Shown here piece by piece: positions 60,850 to 64,000 of a stretch of DNA of 64,000 nt. Numbering within the stretch: the first letter of the stretch is position 1; each line of letters opens with the position of its first letter. The stretch spans positions 993,246-1,057,245 of the forward strand of contig NW_003314269.1 of the NCBI RefSeq assembly GCF_000143415.4, in the 5' to 3' direction. Origin of the DNA: Selaginella moellendorffii (Eukaryota > Plantae > Lycopodiophyta). The translations under genes and the position numbers were made by a program. The notes under the pieces were generated by a model. It saw only the letters and a list, made by a program, of their open reading frames with translations, made no database searches and was not told the DNA's origin.

Positions 60850-63800
60850 GAACACATGCTCTAGGCTTTCACCCCGAGCCTCCCTTAGTATCAAGAGTTA
60901 GTCTCTAGGACAAGTTCAAAACTTACTAAATATGGAATGTCTCTAGATTGTGAATTTGGATATGGAATGAATACCATTGTGTTCAAAAAAATCTCTACAT
61001 TCTGTAGATATGCCAAATGACCAAATCTGGACACTTTCCATAAATAGCATTTGGGACCAAATTGAGACTAACACAAAGGGCATGATAGCGAGAGTGTTTG
61101 GCAGATATGGTAAGCTATCATTTAGCAAATATTGAGGGACCAATCTCAATATCGCAGGGGTTTTTGATACTAGCAAGTGCAAGCCAATGACACAAGTTTC
61201 TCAAACCAAGCCGAGTATGCTTAGCAAAAAATGGGAACTGATAACAGGTTTAGCAATACCGACCTCCTGTTATTGTGGCAGTAAGGAAAGAATATGCAAG
61301 GACTAGCTGACAGATAACTTTTGATATTCGAAGTCACATTTGCGACACAAGAGAATCAAGATTGTAAGGATTAATTTATTGGTTCAAGTAGTCATTGCCG
61401 TACTCTTTTATAAACTTTTCTTAAATTGGACTGAAAGCAATGCAAAAACAAATTTGAGGTTTAGTCAAAGATGAGACTGAAAAGAAAGTCATTGGGGATG
61501 AAAGATCAAATACGTAAATCATTTTCTCCTCTTGGAAAAATGATTTGCAACAAGATGTGACTCATTGCTCGTGTTCATAGTATGCAATCAAGAGTCTCTA
61601 TTTTGGTGCATATTGGAAATGATGGTCTTACAAATGGTGAGTTGTGGGATGGATAGTGATAAAGTGCTATACCATTTTGTTTAGGCTTGCTATTAGAAGA
61701 CTTGGGTTGCAATGCTCAATTCTTTTCCAGGGAACCTTGCTATTGCTCTTTGAATAGCTTGGTGTTGGATTAATTTTGAGTTTGGTTGGAAAGAGAGTGG
61801 CATAATCTTGTTTTTGTTGTGAACAAAAGTTAGTGGTGTTGGGTGTTGTAAATCTCTATTGGTGGAGTGTGGCATTTATGTTGCATTTTGTCAAGTCGAG
61901 TTGACACTTGATACTCATATAAACTTTTGTAGTAGTGACATGTGCATTACTCATTGTGTTGCTCAATTGATGATCAAGTCATTGTGATTTCCATATCATA
62001 TCCATGTGATAATAAACAATGTGTTTACAAAGTTGTTTGGTCAAACGATAATCAACCCCAAAGTGGTTGATGGTGAAGTTAGTCTACTTACATGTAGTAA
62101 CATTATAGTAACTTTGACTGAATTCTCAATGGTGGTTCATTATGCTAAGTTTAAAATGGTTCTTTAGTTCCTTGAGTTTGCCCATAAAGTGTTGAAAAGG
62201 GTTATAGCATTCACTTACTATAGCTTGTTAGTTTATCCGTTAGCACTTGGAGTAGATTGTCAGATGAAGAAATTGTGTAGTTAAGGCATTGACATCGCTA
62301 GCACTTGTGTTAGTGAAAGTGACATTGTTATTTCAAGTGATAAGGAATTTTCCTTAAATCTTGATTTTTTTATGTCATTTTCCTTGTTAGTGTTTTGGCT
62401 TCACATTTTATTTTGAAGGTAATTGAAGAAGAGTGTTAGTGCAATGTGGATATCCGAAGATGTAGTCTTCGTGATCAAGCTTTAGATGTTCATTTTGCAT
62501 TTTGCAGATGTCAATGTTAGATGTAAAAATATGAGCATGATGTTCGAGGCTTAAGCATACTATAGGTCATGAGAATTGGTGTTGAGGTGAATCTATATGC
62601 AATTGTTGGTAGAAGGAAGTTGGTTGAGTCTTGAAAGTTTATATTCCTAGACTGAGAGTTATTATTTCTCTAGGATGGAAAATTTTCCACAAATTTTTTT
62701 AGACTTTTCCAATGCCTGATATGTTGGTCACTTTGCTCAAAAACCATTTCGTTTTCGTAAGCTAGTACAAACTAGTGAAGGGGTTGGAGTTAACTTCAGT
62801 TGGCGTAGACCTTAGTCAATAGTTTGTGTGATGCGACCCAAAAGGGATGCTAACTTTTGGGGCTAAGGCAATTAAATTGGATAAAGTCTAGAGTTGGTGA
62901 AGAAAAGTGGCAATTGCGCTCTTTTCTAGATAGGTGACTCTTGTGCTTTTCTTTTAGCATTATATTTGGTGGCAAGCTGCATCTTGCATTTCATTAAACT
63001 CTACGAGAGTAGTAACCTCTCACTAATCTTGACTTGGTCTTGGTGGCTTTGAGCCTTAACTAAGGTTGGTGATGTCCAACTTAGTTGTTTGAGTTTAAGA
63101 TGTTAATACCCATATTATAACTTGTCTAAGTGGAGGTTGTGTACCGATATGAGTCCATCTCATGGTTTTCACTTTAGTTTCAACTAAATGTTAATCATAC
63201 ATAGCTAACCTCTTCAAGGCATGCTCAAAACTAGAGGCTAAATGCATTGGTGAGCTTGTCGTGGTTGAATTGGATTTGAGTGGTCATTTAGTTTATACTT
63301 GTCCATGAACCTTTATCTCGTACCTAGGGTATTACATTTATGTTGGCCAAATATATAACTCAATGGCATGAGTTTAGTTTTTGGGTCTTTGAAAGACAAG
63401 TTGAAAGAGTGATTGTTGGTTGCTTAACAACTAGTGATTGTTTGTAGACTTCATTGAGGACTATTTGACACTTGTTTCGCTCGATAATGATTTAGCAGTG
63501 ATGGGCTTGTTTTACTGGATGGTGTTGTGGAGGATCATATCGTTAGACTTATATGGGTTTTCCATATTGGCATATTGACTCAACCTCTGTCGATATTATT
63601 TGGTTGCATTTAGTCTGTGGTATTAGATTTCATTGAGTCTTGGACGTGGTGAATCACTTGTTGATGATGTGTTATCTGTAGTTGAGTATTGTTGATTGGT
63701 CTCGGATACTGATTAAAGTATCTTCAACTTTGGTTAGCTTGGTTGCTAAAGAGTTTTGAGTGGTGATTCACTTTTGCTTTCTATTAGCTTTGTTATGGTG

Positions 63801-64000
63801 TTGGTGGCATTGAAGTGATGCCTTGTTGTTAACATTGTTGATATTGAGATTTAAGTGGGATGAGATGTCTCTTCGTAATATTGATATTAAGTTTCATTAG
63901 TCTCAATGAAGATAGTGTTGATGATTTGGCTATAGCTTTGTGTTGTTGGCATTTATGCATTTGCTAGTTAACAACTGTATTGATATTTAAACGAGTTGAG
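60850..64000. mobile_element. Degenerate retroelement internal sequence
   Basis: CpG-depleted, strand-biased, no intact ORF; lies internal to the family-B PPT. Confidence 0.35.

Overview
Plant nuclear DNA with very short (~50 bp) GT-AG introns. The compact gene spacing and an intronless GH71 gene suggest a lycophyte such as Selaginella; this is an inference. The first ~14.8 kb is gene-dense: an unknown ORF, a frameshifted MACPF-like gene, an intact GH71 alpha-1,3-glucanase, an intact 2OG-Fe(II) dioxygenase, and decayed PPR, secreted-protein and SAS10/UTP3 genes. The rest is a nest of transposable elements whose boundaries I resolved by target-site duplications (TSDs). (1) A 22-kb LTR retroelement (18694-40697, TSD TCCAG) plus two solo LTRs of its family. 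(2) Four solo LTRs and one complete copy of a 5S-rRNA-bearing Cassandra TRIM. (3) Two copies of a giant 12.7/14.3-kb TIR DNA transposon (24-bp TIR AAGCTCTATTTCGTTAAAGTGGGA, 4-bp TSDs, DDD transposase, Sola-like). The most striking object is this DNA transposon. Divergently from its transposase it carries one large spliced gene that appears to fuse a ParB/Srx-like domain, a degenerate amino-DNA-methyltransferase-like fold and an FCP1/HAD phosphatase-like domain. The element is also studded with about 20 copies of a 22-bp palindrome (ATGGCRTGWGGCCWCAYGCCAT) that I did not see in the flanking DNA. Together these make a candidate ParB/parS-like self-recognition or anti-silencing system in a eukaryotic transposon. 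All domain calls are by eye from motifs and need HMM or structure confirmation.
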